DNA from: Eubacteriales bacterium
GTDB lineage: Bacteria; Bacillota; Clostridia; Oscillospirales; CAG-382
Direction: 5' to 3'
Assembly (NCBI GenBank): GCA_045577475.1
Contig: JAZNIM010000087.1
Span: 1-56,644, forward strand
DNA: 56,644 nt
In this document: positions 8,579-17,229 of the stretch, in pieces
Numbering within the stretch: the first letter of the stretch is position 1
Layout of the letters: the number at the start of each line of letters is the position of its first letter
The notes under the pieces: model-generated
The model's input: only the letters and a program-made list of their open reading frames with translations
Database searches by the model: none
Told to the model about the DNA's origin: nothing
Program-made: the position numbers and the translations under genes

Positions 8579-9448
8579 ATGTTAATAACACTGATAGACG
8601 GACTTAGCCTTGGCAGTATATATGCACTTATTGCCCTTGGCTATACGATGGTATACGGTATCGCAAAGATGCTTAATTTTGCCCACGGTGACGTAATTAT
8701 GGTTGGTGCCTATGCTATTATGCTTACACTTTCCTACACCGTTTCTCCCCTTGCGGCAATAATTGTATCGGTTGTCCTTTGTACCGTTCTCGGAATTGTC
8801 ATAGAAAAAGTTGCCTACAAGCCTTTAAGAGGTTCTTCTCCTCTTGCAGTGCTTATTACGGCAATCGGCGTAAGCTATTTCCTTCAGGGTATCGCACAGT
8901 TGATTTTCGGCTCTCAGCCTATTCCTGTTGATTCCTCCTGGAAGCTTCCCGCAATTCCCTTTTTCAACAAGATCGGCATCACAACCTCAGCTGTTGTGAC
9001 ACTTATCTGCGGTGTTATAATCATGGTTGCTCTTACGGCATTCATCAAATACACAAAAACAGGTTGTGCCATGGTTGCCGTTTCCGAGGACAAGAGTGCG
9101 GCAATTCTCATGGGTATCAACGTAAACAAAATCATTTCGACTACCTTTGCAATAGGATCGGCACTTGCGGCTTTTGCAGGTATGTTCTATCTTTTACAAA
9201 TTCCCAACGCAGAGCCAACCCTCGGCGCAATGCCCGGTATCACAGCCTTTACGGCAGCAGTTATCGGCGGTATCGGTTCTATTCCCGGGGCAATGATTGG
9301 CGGTATTTTACTCGGAGTAATCGAGAAGCTTTGCCTTGCTTCTCCTCTTGCACCTTATACCGTAGCTGTTAAGTTCAGCTTACTCATAATCATTCTTCTT
9401 GTTAAACCCACGGGTCTTCTTGGTAAGATAACCAGAGAGAAGGTGTAA
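8579..9448 (+). CDS. livH: branched-chain amino acid ABC transporter permease
   Basis: The N-terminus MLITLIDGLSLGSIYALIALGYTMVYG is a LivH signature and the protein is polytopic. The start is taken at the ATG after the AGGAG SD. Confidence 0.9.
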   Translation: MLITLIDGLSLGSIYALIALGYTMVYGIAKMLNFAHGDVIMVGAYAIMLTLSYTVSPLAAIIVSVVLCTVLGIVIEKVAYKPLRGSSPLAVLITAIGVSYFLQGIAQLIFGSQPIPVDSSWKLPAIPFFNKIGITTSAVVTLICGVIIMVALTAFIKYTKTGCAMVAVSEDKSAAILMGINVNKIISTTFAIGSALAAFAGMFYLLQIPNAEPTLGAMPGITAFTAAVIGGIGSIPGAMIGGILLGVIEKLCLASPLAPYTVAVKFSLLIIILLVKPTGLLGKITREKV

Positions 9449-9450
9449 GA

Positions 9451-10620
9451 ATGAAAAACAAAAAATTCGATTTTAAAGTTAAAGATTTTATAAACTACGG
9501 CATTGTGCTTGCACTGTTAATTTTCGGTGTAGCTATGCTTATGACAGGAAGGCTGCGTTCTTCAACGGCACAGCTTCTTGCCCAGATGGGTTACAGCATC
9601 ATTCTTGCAGTATCCCTTAACCTTGTTGTAGGCTTTCTCGGCGAGTTAAGCCTCGGCCACGCAGGATTTATGTGCGTCGGCTCTTACATCGGCGGCTTCT
9701 GTGCAATACTCTTAAAGCAAAACGTATTGCCCGGCATGAAGCTTCCCGTTATTATAATCGCAATGCTTATCGGCGGCGCTGTTGCCGCATTGTTCGGCTT
9801 TATCATCGGTCTGCCCTCACTCAGACTCAAGGGCGACTATCTTGCAATCGTAACGCTTGCGTTCGGTGAGATTGTAAGAAACATCTTCAAAAACCAAGAA
9901 ATATTCGGCGGGGCAAGAGGTCTTACAACCGGCAGCCTCACCTATGATACAAGACAATCCCCCACCCTTTTCATCGTCACCTTTATTGTTGCGCTCATTA
10001 TGCTCATCGTCGTTCAGAACCTTGTAAAGAGCAAGCACGGCAGAGCTATAACCGCCATCCGTGACAATGAAATTGCTGCAAAAGCAATGGGTATCAACGT
10101 TACCTTCTACAAGCTGTTTGTATTTATCATTGCCGCATTCTTTGCAGGCTGTGCGGGTGTTATTTACTCCCACACAACAACTCCCGTACTCTACACCTTC
10201 TTCTCCTACAACTACTCCATTGAAATACTCGTTATGGTAGTTCTCGGCGGAATGGGCAGCATTTCGGGTTCGATACTTGCAGCAATCTTTATCACAGGCA
10301 TGAACTTTGTGCTTCAGAGCCAGCTTTCAGGCGACCTTGCTTCATTAAGAAACGTTGTATATGCAATCATTCTTATTGTGGTTGTGGTATTCGGAAACGC
10401 CCCCGCTCTCAAGAGCTTCAGAGAAAAGTACAGCTTTGGTGCACTTATTGCACGCTTCAGGAAAAACAAAGTATCAGATCCCTCCAAGAAAAAGGATGAC
10501 GAAGCAAAGTGGGCAAGAGTTCCCACCAAAATCAAAATGGATGCCATCCTTTCAACCGATTTAAACACCGATCCCAACTCTTTCGGTGCAAACAACACCA
10601 GCGGCAAGGAGGGCAAATAA
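9451..10620 (+). CDS. livM: branched-chain amino acid ABC transporter permease
   Basis: LNLVVGFLGELSLGHAGFM is a LivM signature. The gene starts 3 nt after the livH stop. It has a C-terminal hydrophilic extension. Confidence 0.9.
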   Translation: MKNKKFDFKVKDFINYGIVLALLIFGVAMLMTGRLRSSTAQLLAQMGYSIILAVSLNLVVGFLGELSLGHAGFMCVGSYIGGFCAILLKQNVLPGMKLPVIIIAMLIGGAVAALFGFIIGLPSLRLKGDYLAIVTLAFGEIVRNIFKNQEIFGGARGLTTGSLTYDTRQSPTLFIVTFIVALIMLIVVQNLVKSKHGRAITAIRDNEIAAKAMGINVTFYKLFVFIIAAFFAGCAGVIYSHTTTPVLYTFFSYNYSIEILVMVVLGGMGSISGSILAAIFITGMNFVLQSQLSGDLASLRNVVYAIILIVVVVFGNAPALKSFREKYSFGALIARFRKNKVSDPSKKKDDEAKWARVPTKIKMDAILSTDLNTDPNSFGANNTSGKEGK

Positions 10621-10621
10621 A

Positions 10622-11416
10622 ATGAGTGAAGTTTTACTTCAAACCAAGAATCTCGGCATCTCCTTCGGAGGTCTTAAAGCCGTACAGGATATCAACCTTA
10701 CAATCAACAAAAAAGAGCTTTGCGGTCTTATCGGTCCTAACGGTGCAGGTAAAACCACGGTATTCAACCTTCTTACGGGTGTTTACAAGCCCACCACAGG
10801 TTCATTCAACCTTGACGGCGTTGAGCTTGCAGGCAAAAAGCAGGAAATAATCAACCGCAAGGGTATCGCACGTACTTTCCAGAACATCAGACTTTTCAAC
10901 AATATGACTGTTATCAGCAATGTTATGGTAGGTCTTCACAATCTTCCCGAATTCAGATGCACCCCCTTTACCAGCATGTTCAGACTTCCAAGACATTTTT
11001 CCAACGAAAGAAAAATGAGAGAGCGTGCAAAGGAGCTTCTTGAAATTTTCGGTCTTCTTGATGAAAGAAACGTACTTGCCTGCAACCTTCCTTACGGTAA
11101 GCAGAGAAAACTTGAAATCGCAAGAGCACTTGCCACAAATCCTAAGCTTCTTCTTCTTGACGAGCCTGCAGCAGGTATGAATCCCACGGAAACGGCAGAG
11201 CTTCTTGAATGTATCAAGATTATCAGAGAAAAGTTCGGCATTGCAATTCTTGTAATCGAACACGACATGAGCCTTGTCATGAACATATGCGAAAAGATTA
11301 TGGTTATTGACTACGGTCAGACAATCGCTTACGGTACTCCCGAGGAAATTGCTTCCAACAAGCGTGTTATTGAAGCATACCTCGGCAAGGACGAAGAAGA
11401 AGAAACGGCTGAGTAG
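10622..11416 (+). CDS. livG: branched-chain amino acid ABC transporter ATP-binding protein
   Basis: Walker A GPNGAGKTT, an ABC signature and Walker B LLLLDEPAAG. The start MSEVLLQTKNLGISFGG falls just after the livM stop. Confidence 0.9.
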   Translation: MSEVLLQTKNLGISFGGLKAVQDINLTINKKELCGLIGPNGAGKTTVFNLLTGVYKPTTGSFNLDGVELAGKKQEIINRKGIARTFQNIRLFNNMTVISNVMVGLHNLPEFRCTPFTSMFRLPRHFSNERKMRERAKELLEIFGLLDERNVLACNLPYGKQRKLEIARALATNPKLLLLDEPAAGMNPTETAELLECIKIIREKFGIAILVIEHDMSLVMNICEKIMVIDYGQTIAYGTPEEIASNKRVIEAYLGKDEEEETAE

Positions 11417-11429
11417 GAGGTAAATAACA

Positions 11430-12134
11430 ATGTTAAAACTTGATAATGTATTTGTTTCCTACGGTGCCATTCAGGCAATCAAGGATGTAAGCATAACCGT
11501 TAACGACGGAGAGCTTGTTTCACTCATCGGTGCAAACGGAGCTGGCAAAACCACCATTCTTCACACCATTACAGGTCTTACGCCTGCCGCAAGCGGTTCA
11601 ATCACCTATGACGGCATTGATTTAAGAAAGCATCCCGCATACAAGATTGTAACCGAGGGACTTGCACACGTTCCCGAAGGACGTCATGTATTTACAGGTA
11701 TGACAGTTTCGGAAAACCTTGCTATGGGTGCTTACTTCAGAAAAGACAAAAAGAAGATTGCCACAGACCTTGAAAAGGTTTTCACCTTTTTCCCCAGACT
11801 TAAAGAGCGTTCCAAGCAGCTTGCAGGAACTCTCTCGGGCGGTGAGCAGCAGATGCTTGCCATGGGCAGAGCCATAATGTCAAGCCCCAAGCTTGTTGTT
11901 ATGGACGAGCCTTCAATGGGTCTTTCCCCCCTGCTTGTTAAAGAAGTATTCAATATCATAAAGCAGATGCACGAGTCGGGTATAACCATTCTTTTGGTTG
12001 AACAGAACGCAAAAATGGCACTCTCAATTGCAGACCGTGCTTACGTTCTTGAAACAGGTAAAATCGTCATGGAAGGCAACGCAAGCGACCTCCTCGGCGA
12101 CCCCAGAGTAAAAAAAGCCTACCTCGGTGCTTAG
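11430..12134 (+). CDS. livF: branched-chain amino acid ABC transporter ATP-binding protein
   Basis: Walker A GANGAGKTT, signature LSGGEQQML and Walker B LVVMDEPS. GGAGG SD. Confidence 0.9.
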   Translation: MLKLDNVFVSYGAIQAIKDVSITVNDGELVSLIGANGAGKTTILHTITGLTPAASGSITYDGIDLRKHPAYKIVTEGLAHVPEGRHVFTGMTVSENLAMGAYFRKDKKKIATDLEKVFTFFPRLKERSKQLAGTLSGGEQQMLAMGRAIMSSPKLVVMDEPSMGLSPLLVKEVFNIIKQMHESGITILLVEQNAKMALSIADRAYVLETGKIVMEGNASDLLGDPRVKKAYLGA

Positions 12135-12190
12135 TCGGGTACGCCCGACAGCGGTGACGTGAGTCGGGAACGCCCGACAGCGAATACGTG
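12133..12190. repeat. tandem 29-bp repeat x2, each unit containing a gtcggg-n-acgcccgac hairpin
   Basis: agtcgggtacgcccgacagcggtgacgtg versus agtcgggaacgcccgacagcgaatacgtg, 25 of 29 identical by my count. It starts on the livF stop codon. Confidence 0.85.
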
Positions 12191-12285
12191 ACCACATCGT
12201 AGCAAATAATCCTGTCACCGATGCCCGAACTGTGTTCCGTTTGACCGCCATAAACGCCAGCGGTCAAACTCGATGCTTCACCAAC
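12187..12285 (-). repeat. approximately 100-bp structured repeat element (copy 1), inverted relative to the copy at 41123-41222
   Basis: The reverse complement aligns with 41123-41222 end to end (gttggtgaagca...tttgaccgc...gcggtcaaacg...ttcgggcatcg...tggtcacg). Identity is roughly 70% by eye. The stem arms are conserved while the loop has diverged. Confidence 0.8.
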
Positions 12286-12331
12286 GGAACATAAGAATTA
12301 ATTTGTGTTAATGATGCACAGTTAGCCAAAA

Positions 12332-12359
12332 AGACAGCCAAATAGCGGCTGTCTTTTTG
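12332..12359 (+). terminator. intrinsic terminator of the liv operon (about 200 nt after livF)
   Basis: agacagcc-loop-ggctgtct followed by ttttt, with an A-run upstream (bidirectional shape). Confidence 0.8.
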
Positions 12360-12410
12360 TTTTTCCATAATAAAATGTATGGAACAACGGTCACATCATC
12401 CCACGGTAAC

Positions 12411-12434
12411 AAAAAAGAACCGCCTGAGCGGTTC
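12411..12434 (-). terminator. intrinsic terminator of the small minus-strand unit
   Basis: The minus strand reads gaaccgc-tcag-gcggttc followed by tttttt. Confidence 0.7.
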
Positions 12435-12453
12435 CAACAAATATTAATAAAAA

Positions 12454-12600
12454 TCAAACTTCTTCAACAATTACTTCCTCAGAAACTATGAATTTTTTCA
12501 CTTCTGAGTCAGCTCTTTCTTCACAAACCGCAGAGAGAACGTTTACCGTAAGTAACACAAGCATCACCAACGCCGCCACAAACACAAGCTTTATTTCCAT
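12454..12600 (-). CDS. 48-aa hypothetical small membrane or secreted peptide (MEIKLVFVAALVMLVLLTVNVLSAVCEERADSEVKKFIVSEEVIVEEV)
   Basis: This ORF falls below the track length cutoff and I translated it by hand. It has a hydrophobic N-terminus and an acidic tail. It is bracketed by a near-consensus promoter (12688-12716) and a terminator (12411-12434). The SD is weak. Confidence 0.35.
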   Translation of the reverse strand: MEIKLVFVAALVMLVLLTVNVLSAVCEERADSEVKKFIVSEEVIVEEV

Positions 12601-12687
12601 TGATATTTTCTTTAACATTTATAAATCATCCCTTTACAGATTGAATACATCATATCCGAGATTTCATAATCTTTTGTTTACAAATAT

Positions 12688-12716
12688 GTTATACCACCAA
12701 TAATTCAATTTGTCAA
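12688..12716 (-). promoter_or_regulatory. sigma-A promoter for the small minus-strand unit
   Basis: The minus strand reads TTGACA-17 nt-TATAAC. Confidence 0.55.
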
Positions 12717-12797
12717 TAGTATTTTTTAATTTTCTTAACATTTGCTTCATTTGAGCAAATTTTACATTTTATTATTGTAAATATTCAACAAATGTTA

Positions 12798-12826
12798 TTG
12801 ACTGAGTAAACAAGTATGGATATAAT
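12798..12826 (+). promoter_or_regulatory. sigma-A consensus promoter for the hemolysin-III gene
   Basis: TTGACT-17 nt-TATAAT. Confidence 0.65.
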
Positions 12827-12889
12827 AAGTCATGTTAAATGGTATTATGTTTTCATTCAAATACATTCCTTTATGCAGGAGGTAAGGAT

Positions 12890-13549
12890 ATGACAAAAAC
12901 ACGTTTCAATCTGCCAAAATACACCCTCAGTGAAGAACTGCTGAATTCAATAAGCCACGGCATCGGTGCAGGACTGTCTGTTGCAGCATTGGTTTTATGC
13001 ATTGTTCGTGCAGCTTATCAAAGCACAGCCGCAGGTGTTGTGGGTGCTTCCATTTACGGTGCTACGCTTGTTATTCTTTACTGCATGTCAACCTTATATC
13101 ATGCTATTACCAATCAAACAGCAAGACGTGTTTTCAGAGTATTCGACCACACCTCCATATATCTTCTCATTGCAGGAACATACACTCCAATAACCCTTGT
13201 AACCCTCAGAGGTCCTATGGGTTGGACACTCTTTGGCATCGTCTGGGGCATTGCTGTTCTGGGAATTGTATTTAACTCCATAAGCATTGAGCGATTCAAG
13301 AAGTTTTCCATGGTAAGCTATATTGTCATGGGCTGGGCGATAGTTATCGGTGCAAAGGACATTATTGCAAAGCTTGACAGGGGCGGACTTATGTTCCTTC
13401 TTTTAGGCGGAATTGCTTACACCGTTGGTATTATTTTCTATGCACTCAAGAAAAAGAGATACATGCACTCGGTATGGCACTTCTTTGTACTTGCAGGAAG
13501 CATTCTTCAGTTCTTTGCCGTGTATATCTATGTTCTTCCCGTAAAATAA
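12890..13549 (+). CDS. hemolysin III / PAQR family membrane protein
   Basis: Seven TM segments with the SHGIG, STLYH, DHTSIY and HSVWHFFVL motifs typical of the Hly-III/YplQ family. AGGAGG SD precedes MTKTRF. Confidence 0.85.
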   Translation: MTKTRFNLPKYTLSEELLNSISHGIGAGLSVAALVLCIVRAAYQSTAAGVVGASIYGATLVILYCMSTLYHAITNQTARRVFRVFDHTSIYLLIAGTYTPITLVTLRGPMGWTLFGIVWGIAVLGIVFNSISIERFKKFSMVSYIVMGWAIVIGAKDIIAKLDRGGLMFLLLGGIAYTVGIIFYALKKKRYMHSVWHFFVLAGSILQFFAVYIYVLPVK

Positions 13550-13598
13550 CAGGCAATCGCAGCCGCAAATATTTCTTCTTAAAAAATTCAAAGCTGAC

Positions 13599-13630
13599 AA
13601 GAACTGTTCTACGGAGCAGTTCTTTTTATT
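13599..13630 (+). terminator. intrinsic terminator
   Basis: aagaactg-loop-cagttctt followed by a t-run. Confidence 0.75.
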
Positions 13631-13718
13631 ATTTGATACAATTTATACAATTTCTCAGTGATTTTTCGGTGATTTATCATAATATTGACTCAAATTTTGT
13701 AAACAATCACCAAATCTG

Positions 13719-13747
13719 TTGACACATGCTCACGAAAAAGCTATAAT
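13719..13747 (+). promoter_or_regulatory. sigma-A consensus promoter for aspartate kinase
   Basis: TTGACA (13719-13724), 17 nt, TATAAT (13742-13747). Confidence 0.7.
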
Positions 13748-13855
13748 AATAAGGTATAATTGTGTCAAAATTTGTTTTGGCAGAATTTCTGTATTTAAAA
13801 TATAATAATGTATAACAAGTGTGTACAAAAACACACCATGAAATGAGGTTCACAA

Positions 13856-15181
13856 ATGAGCATCAAGGTAACAAAATTCGGCGGCAGCTCTCTTGCCAGT
13901 GCCGAACAGTTCAAGAAGGTTGCAGACATAGTTCTGTCTGACCGTGACAGAAAGTATGTAGTTCCTTCCGCACCCGGCAAGCGTTTTTCGGGTGACACAA
14001 AGGTTACAGACCTTCTCTATCAGTGCTATGACGAATTCAGCAGAGGCGAGGACTCCCCCGCTTTTGTTCAGATTAAAGAAAGATACAATCTCATAATTGA
14101 GGGTCTTGGTCTTGACCTTTCCCTTGACCACGAGTTTGAGCTTTTAAGACTCAGCTTTATCGGCAGAGCAGGACGTGACTATGCCGCAAGCCGCGGTGAA
14201 TACCTTAACGGTATCATTCTTGCAAAATACCTCGGCTTTGACTTTATTGATGCGGCTGACGTTATCTTCTTCAAGGGTGACGGCACATTCGACTCCGAAA
14301 AGACAAACGACGTCATGAGTGAGCGTCTTGCAAAAAGCGAATACGCCGTAATTCCCGGCTTCTACGGCAAAATGCCAAACGACACCATCCGCACCTTCTC
14401 AAGAGGAGGAAGCGACATCACAGGTGCTATCGTTGCAAGAGCTGCCCATGCGGACGAATACGAAAACTGGACAGACGTATCCGGCTTTATGATTGCCGAC
14501 CCCAGAATTGTTGAAAATCCTAAGTACATCTCCGTAATCACATACAAAGAGCTTCGCGAGCTTTCCTACATGGGTGCTACCGTTCTTCACGCAGACTCAA
14601 TTTTCCCCGTTAAGACCAGCGGTATTCCCATTCACATCAAGAACACCAACGCTCCCGACGACGAGGGTACAATGATTGTTACCCACACAACCCCCGAAGA
14701 AGATACAACCGTTATCACGGGTATCGCAGGCAAAAAGGACTTCTCGGTTCTCACCCTTGAAAAGGACATGATGAACGAGGAAAAGGGCTTTGGCAGACGT
14801 CTTTTACAGGTTCTTGAAAGACATGACCTTTCCTTTGAGCACCTTCCCAGCGGCATTGACACCATGAGCGTTGTTATCAACGACCACGAGCTTGCAGGCA
14901 AGGAAGACGACATCATTGCAGACCTTGTTGAAACCTGTTCACCCGACACCATCAGCGTTGAAAAGAACATCGCACTTATCGCTGTTGTCGGACGAGGCAT
15001 GAAGAATGCCAAGGGTACTGCGGCAAGTCTTTTCAGTGCGTTGGCAGCAGCCGACATCAACATCAGAATGATTGACCAGGGTTCAAGCGAGCTTAACATC
15101 ATCGTAGGCGTTGACAACAAGGACTTTGAAAAGGCAATTACCGAAACCTATGCTTACTTTGAAAAGAACAATCTCATTTAA
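13856..15181 (+). CDS. aspartate kinase
   Basis: The N-terminus KFGGSSLASAEQFKKV is an amino-acid-kinase signature. A C-terminal ACT-like region is present (IALIAVVGRGM...INIRMIDQGSSELNIIVGV). 441 aa. Confidence 0.9.
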   Translation: MSIKVTKFGGSSLASAEQFKKVADIVLSDRDRKYVVPSAPGKRFSGDTKVTDLLYQCYDEFSRGEDSPAFVQIKERYNLIIEGLGLDLSLDHEFELLRLSFIGRAGRDYAASRGEYLNGIILAKYLGFDFIDAADVIFFKGDGTFDSEKTNDVMSERLAKSEYAVIPGFYGKMPNDTIRTFSRGGSDITGAIVARAAHADEYENWTDVSGFMIADPRIVENPKYISVITYKELRELSYMGATVLHADSIFPVKTSGIPIHIKNTNAPDDEGTMIVTHTTPEEDTTVITGIAGKKDFSVLTLEKDMMNEEKGFGRRLLQVLERHDLSFEHLPSGIDTMSVVINDHELAGKEDDIIADLVETCSPDTISVEKNIALIAVVGRGMKNAKGTAASLFSALAAADINIRMIDQGSSELNIIVGVDNKDFEKAITETYAYFEKNNLI

Positions 15182-15244
15182 ATTTTTTATTTAAATTGTT
15201 CACAAAATGCTGTAGATTTTACTGCTTTATTGTGCTAAAATCTT

Positions 15245-15582
15245 GTCAACAATAAAGGCGATGACCGGAAACAAGTAAGTCTGTTTCACACATCTTCAGA
15301 GAGCCGTCGGTTGGTGAAAGGCGGTAGATTGGAAGCATGCTGAATACATTCCGAGAGCTGCATACCGAAGTTCTGCGACGGCAGAAATAGGCTATGACGT
15401 TTCACACACGTTACAGTGTAAGGGTTAAGGCAGAGCCTTGAAACGAAGAAATCCGACTCGAGTGGTTTTCTTTTGGTGACTGTCCGACCTGCAAAGGCTT
15501 TTACCGAAAGGCAAGAGCAAATTGAGGTGGTACCACGGTTTATATCGTCCTCTGCTATTTAAATTGGCAGAGGGCTTTTTTT
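15245..15582 (+). promoter_or_regulatory. T-box leader (tRNA-sensing riboswitch), predicted Tyr (UAC) specifier, with terminator
   Basis: GCGATGA K-turn element at 15258. AGAGAG bulge at 15297-15302. Distal-loop GGTGAAA at 15313-15319. GAA-TAC-A specifier context at 15342-15348. T-box core AATTGAGGTGGTACCACGG at 15519-15538. Terminator cctctgc...gcagagg plus t-run at 15547-15582. Confidence 0.8.
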
Positions 15583-15621
15583 ATACCATTTGTCCAACGC
15601 CAAAGGAAAGGAATGATTTAA

Positions 15622-17166
15622 ATGGTATTAAAGGTTTTATTACTTGTTATTTTCTTTGCTGTTACGGTTGGTGTAGGTATTTACTGCCGCAAAACAGCCA
15701 CAGACGTTAACGGCTTCGTTCTCGGCGGAAGAAGCGTAGGTCCCTGGCTTACGGCGTTTGCTTACGGCACAAGCTACTTCTCGGCAGTTATTTTCATCGG
15801 CTATGCAGGTCAGTTCGGTTGGAAGTACGGTATTGCTTCCACATGGATTGGTATAGGAAATGCAGTTCTCGGCTCACTTCTTGCGTGGTACGTGCTCGGA
15901 CGCCGCACAAGAATCATGACACAAACCCTCGGCTCTGCAACTATGCCCGAGTTCTTTGAAAAGAGATACAATTCAAAGCCTCTTAAGGTTGTTGCTTCTG
16001 CCATTACATTTATTTTCCTTATTCCTTACACAGCATCTCTTTACAACGGTCTTTCAAGACTCTTTGAGTCTGCATTCGGAATTGACTATGCTTACTGCGT
16101 AATCGCAATGTCCGTTCTTACAGGTATCTATGTAATCGCAGGCGGTTACATGGCAACGGCAATCAACGACTTTATTCAGGGTATTATAATGCTTGTGGGT
16201 ATTGTTGCGGTAATCGGCGCTGTTCTTAACAGCCACGGCGGCTTCATCGGCTCACTCACAGAGCTTACAAAGGTAGCCGTTCCCGAAACAGCAGGTCCTA
16301 TAACTGAGGCAGGCACATTCGCTTCAATGTTCGGTCCTGACCCCGTAAACCTTCTCGGCGTTGTAATTCTCACATCCCTCGGTACATGGGGACTTCCTCA
16401 GATGGTTCAGAAGTTCTACGCCATCAAGAGCGAAAAATCCATCAAGAGAGGCACACTCATTTCCACATTCTTTGCTGTTATCGTTGCAGGCGGATGCTAC
16501 TTCCTCGGCGGCTTTGCAAGAATTTCAGGCGTTGAAGTGCAGCCCGGCACAGACGTTCCCGTAGGCGGCTACGATGCAGTTATTCCAAAGATGCTTGAAG
16601 GTCTTCCCACATTATTAGTTGCCATTGTTATCGTACTTGTTCTTTCAGCATCAATGTCAACCCTCTCTTCCCTTGTTCTTACATCAAGCTCAACACTTAC
16701 TCTTGACTTCATCAAGGGCACCTTTGTAAAGGACATGAAGGAAAAGAAGCAGCTTCTTATTATGCGTATTTTCATCGTTGTATTTGTCGTACTTTCCGCA
16801 GTAATTGCCATCTTCCAGGTTAAGGCAAAGAGCGATGCGGTTGCATTTATTGCACAGCTCATGGGCGTATCCTGGGGTGCTCTTGCAGGTGCATTCCTTG
16901 CTCCCTTCCTCTACGGTCTGTACGCAAAATGGGCTTCCAAGGCAGCTACATGGACTTGTATGATTTTCGGTGCAGGCATCATGATTGCAAATCTTCTGTT
17001 CAGAAGCAGTTTCCCCGTAATTCTTCAGTCACCCATCAACTGCGGTGCTTTCGCAATGCTTGCAGGTCTTGTAATCTTCCCCATCGTTTCACTTATTTCA
17101 AAGAAACCCGACAAGGATGTTGTAGAACACGCATTTACAGGAGTTTACGAAAGACTTGAAGACTAA
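15622..17166 (+). CDS. sodium:solute symporter (SSF) family transporter
   Basis: 514 aa with about 13 TM segments. The N-terminal pattern GFVLGGRSVGPWLTAFAYGTSYFSAVIFIGYAG is typical of the SSF/PutP-PanF-like family. It lies directly downstream of the T-box leader. Confidence 0.85.
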   Translation: MVLKVLLLVIFFAVTVGVGIYCRKTATDVNGFVLGGRSVGPWLTAFAYGTSYFSAVIFIGYAGQFGWKYGIASTWIGIGNAVLGSLLAWYVLGRRTRIMTQTLGSATMPEFFEKRYNSKPLKVVASAITFIFLIPYTASLYNGLSRLFESAFGIDYAYCVIAMSVLTGIYVIAGGYMATAINDFIQGIIMLVGIVAVIGAVLNSHGGFIGSLTELTKVAVPETAGPITEAGTFASMFGPDPVNLLGVVILTSLGTWGLPQMVQKFYAIKSEKSIKRGTLISTFFAVIVAGGCYFLGGFARISGVEVQPGTDVPVGGYDAVIPKMLEGLPTLLVAIVIVLVLSASMSTLSSLVLTSSSTLTLDFIKGTFVKDMKEKKQLLIMRIFIVVFVVLSAVIAIFQVKAKSDAVAFIAQLMGVSWGALAGAFLAPFLYGLYAKWASKAATWTCMIFGAGIMIANLLFRSSFPVILQSPINCGAFAMLAGLVIFPIVSLISKKPDKDVVEHAFTGVYERLED

Positions 17167-17181
17167 TTAAAGACAAAATTC

Positions 17182-17215
17182 AAGGAGTCATCCCTTTGGG
17201 TGACTCCTTTTTTCG
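17182..17215. terminator. bidirectional terminator between convergent genes
   Basis: aaggagtcatccc-ttt-gggtgactcctt followed by tttt. Confidence 0.75.
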
Positions 17216-17229
17216 CTGTTTAGTTTTAC

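Noticed and set aside
12133-12190. Possible CRISPR array, because of the 29-bp direct repeats with hairpins.
   Set aside because: There are only two immediately adjacent units with no spacers, and there are no cas genes in the window.
13631-13855. Lysine riboswitch (L-box) or other leader expected upstream of aspartate kinase. Likewise an Asn T-box upstream of asnA (44366-44540).
   Set aside because: I could not find L-box or T-box conserved cores. Both regions hold only a promoter and a short AT-rich leader.
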